A program made the translations under genes and the position numbers. From assembly GCA_965237525.1 (NCBI GenBank), contig CBDEFO010000003.1, forward strand, positions 1 through 64,000: DNA of 64,000 nt, written 5' to 3'. Below, piece by piece: positions 61,935 to 64,000 of the stretch; the stretch's first letter is position 1, and the number at the start of each line of letters is the position of its first letter. This stretch comes from Candidatus Latescibacterota bacterium (GTDB lineage Bacteria; Latescibacterota; CBDEFO01). The notes under the pieces were generated by a model, which had not been told where the DNA came from, did not search any database, and saw nothing but the letters and a program-made list of their open reading frames with translations.

Positions 61935-63453
61935 AAGCCTTGTGAAATAGTTATGTCCCAGGCAGCGTCTGAAGCGCCGATTATGGGTCAAAGAGTAGCA
62001 TATCGTATCGTTTTGCTGTGGAATAAGCAAAATAGTCTTATCAGAGTTCTGGTCAGCAAGGAACAGGAGCTGTTTGAAGAACAGGATGCACTGTCTTTGA
62101 CAGACAGGGCACACATAGACGCTTTCCCCCTTCTTATGAAAGATACAAGCCTCTTGAGATTCTGTACTGTTGCAACAAGATTCAACTGTTCATTCAGTGA
62201 GGCTGGTCCTCTGTAACGGGCTCGTCCCATACCGTATTGTTGCCTGGCTTCAGCAAAGATATGTTCACTGCGTTTACGGAGTCTCCGGGAGAGTTTGTAG
62301 TCAGCTGTTAATGAGATAGACCGTGCATGATTTCTGGCTTTCGCCTCTCGCACTTTTCTATCCCGTTCGGCCTGAATATGTGCTGAATTTGTCTTGTTTT
62401 TCCATGTAGGAATCGGTTCAATCTTCTCATCGGCTCGCAGAGGAATATGGGGTATGATTCCCCGGTCAAGTACATCAGCGATAAAATTACCAGAACCGTA
62501 ACCGGTATCGGCACTAAGTGTCTGAATGTCTTTGGGCATGGTCTATGTTTCAAGGTCATCTACCATCTTAAGGGCACTTTCGGGCTCTGCTGTCCCTGTC
62601 GCCTGCGTGCCCTGAGTCTCAAGGATTACTCTGCTTTTTGTGTCGATCAGATCATGGCCCATAAACGAGAGAAAAGCCCCTTTGCCCTTCGATTTGCTGT
62701 ATAAGCGCGCGTCGGGGTCTGTAGTCGAACGGTGTGTTTGGTTCGTCCACTTTTCACCATGAAAGTCTTTATCCTGAGGATGCCCGGACCTACCCTTTGT
62801 CTTATCACCTTCAAAACCGATTCCCTTGAGATAATCATCAAGAGAAAAAGGGGGTTCTATCGGCTCAATACTTTTCACTGAAGCATCAGCTTGTATCTGA
62901 GTGCCGTCGACACTAAGGTGTTTACCGCTCACAACACCGACATCTATGCAACACTGGACTACCTGACGCATTATCCGTTCAAACAACCCACTGGATGCCC
63001 ACTTGTGATTGCGAAGCTTGTTGATCGTGCTCCTATCCGGAACCGCATCATCAAATGTCTGATGACAAAACAACCGATATGCCGCATGCATCCCCACTTC
63101 CTGACAGAGCCGATTCTCACTCAAATTATACAGATAGCCAATAAGGATCATTCGAACAACTAATTCAGGATCAATACCGGGTCTGCCATTGTCAGGGCAA
63201 TAACAATCTGATACAACGTCTCGTACAAATGAAAAATCAACTGCCTCATCAATCTGACGAAGGATATGATCCTCGGGAACTAAATCCTCCATCTGAAAAT
63301 AGTGAAACATCGGATTTGTCTGTTCCTGCTTTTGTGGGGTCATTGTTTCCTCCATGTATAATATTATCAATAACATAATATAATACATCGGAGCTGCTTT
63401 ATCAATGCTTGTTCTATACTACTTTCTGAATCTAAGGGTTTTTCACAAGGCTT
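61935..63453 (-). mobile_element. IS1182-family copy 2 (1519 bp), inverted relative to copy 1
   Basis: Same IRs; TTAA at 61931-61934 and 63454-63457. Confidence 0.9.
61988..63343 (-). pseudogene. IS1182 transposase with nonsense codon
   Basis: TAC in copy 1 is TAG at 62543-62545. Confidence 0.85.
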
Positions 63454-63500
63454 TTAATTAAGGGATTGTATTATAGTTATGCCGTTTAACCACGTTCGGT

Positions 63501-63621
63501 GTCATTGCGAGCCGAAGGCGAAGCAATCTCGATTCTGTGGTAGATGTAATACTCTCGGGCTCTCATAGGAGACCACTATAAAACCTTGAGATTGCTTCGT
63601 CGCTTTGTTCCTCGCAATGAC
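63501..63621. repeat. REP-like palindromic element
   Basis: GTCATTGCGAG..CGAAGCAATCTC ... GAGATTGCTTCG..CTCGCAATGAC. Confidence 0.75.
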
Positions 63622-64000
63622 TCCACTAAGTTTATGAATTAATCGGGTTAGGGTCTCTACTCCATCGGGCCCTTCTTTAACTCATCTGATACCAGCATTG
63701 CCACCGCGTGTTGATACAAAGGCTATCTTACTCCCGTCCGGGACCAAGAAAGGTGGCAGTACATGTAACCCTCCATGTAGTCGGCAATCGGGCCTGGCGT
63801 GCCCCTTCAGCGCTCATCACATAAATTACCCTTTTTCCAGCATAGCATGACACAAAAGACGATCTTGGTTTTGAAAAGATTCTGTGCAAGGCAGATGCAT
63901 TCAAAGGAACTCGCAGGATCATAATAGTATAGAAGACTTTCCATATCATCATTAGAGATTCCCTTTCTTCGACAAACTATATAGTGAATCTATGGCAGGG

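Overview
Bacterial window, probably from an FCB-superphylum lineage (inferred from proteins carrying FlgD/T9SS-like C-terminal domains and a MGQxQ-type pilin-like protein). Bases 1-22.5 kb are mostly core and envelope genes: nadD end, flippase, PorZ-like propeller protein, lnt, mnmA, tRNA-Leu, radical SAM and GT2. They also hold a broken multidomain metalloprotease, an IS1182, an IS481 remnant and a PilC::dehydrogenase chimera. At tRNA-Ala(GGC) (22424-22499) two related genomic islands lie in tandem. Island A spans about 22.5-31.0 kb and is closed by a repeat of the tRNA 3' half. Island B runs from 31.0 kb to roughly 59.6 kb; its right end was not found. Both islands begin with the same integrase stub, cut at the same point, followed by a GH32 3' end. 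The cargo is nearly all on the minus strand and looks like a glycoside-utilisation locus: 2 SSS transporters, an atypical GH32, a GH127-like protein, five mosaic paralogs of a secreted BNR-propeller plus carboxypeptidase-regulatory-like-domain protein (four in tandem), other sialidase-like proteins, an FG-GAP protein, a P450, Gfo/Idh/MocA, a DegT aminotransferase and an HpcH aldolase. It also contains many gene stubs that appear to come from microhomology-mediated deletions. A dinB remnant, a Zn-ADH, a second inverted IS1182 copy with a nonsense codon and a palindromic repeat close the window. Many single-base homopolymer frameshifts may be sequencing errors.
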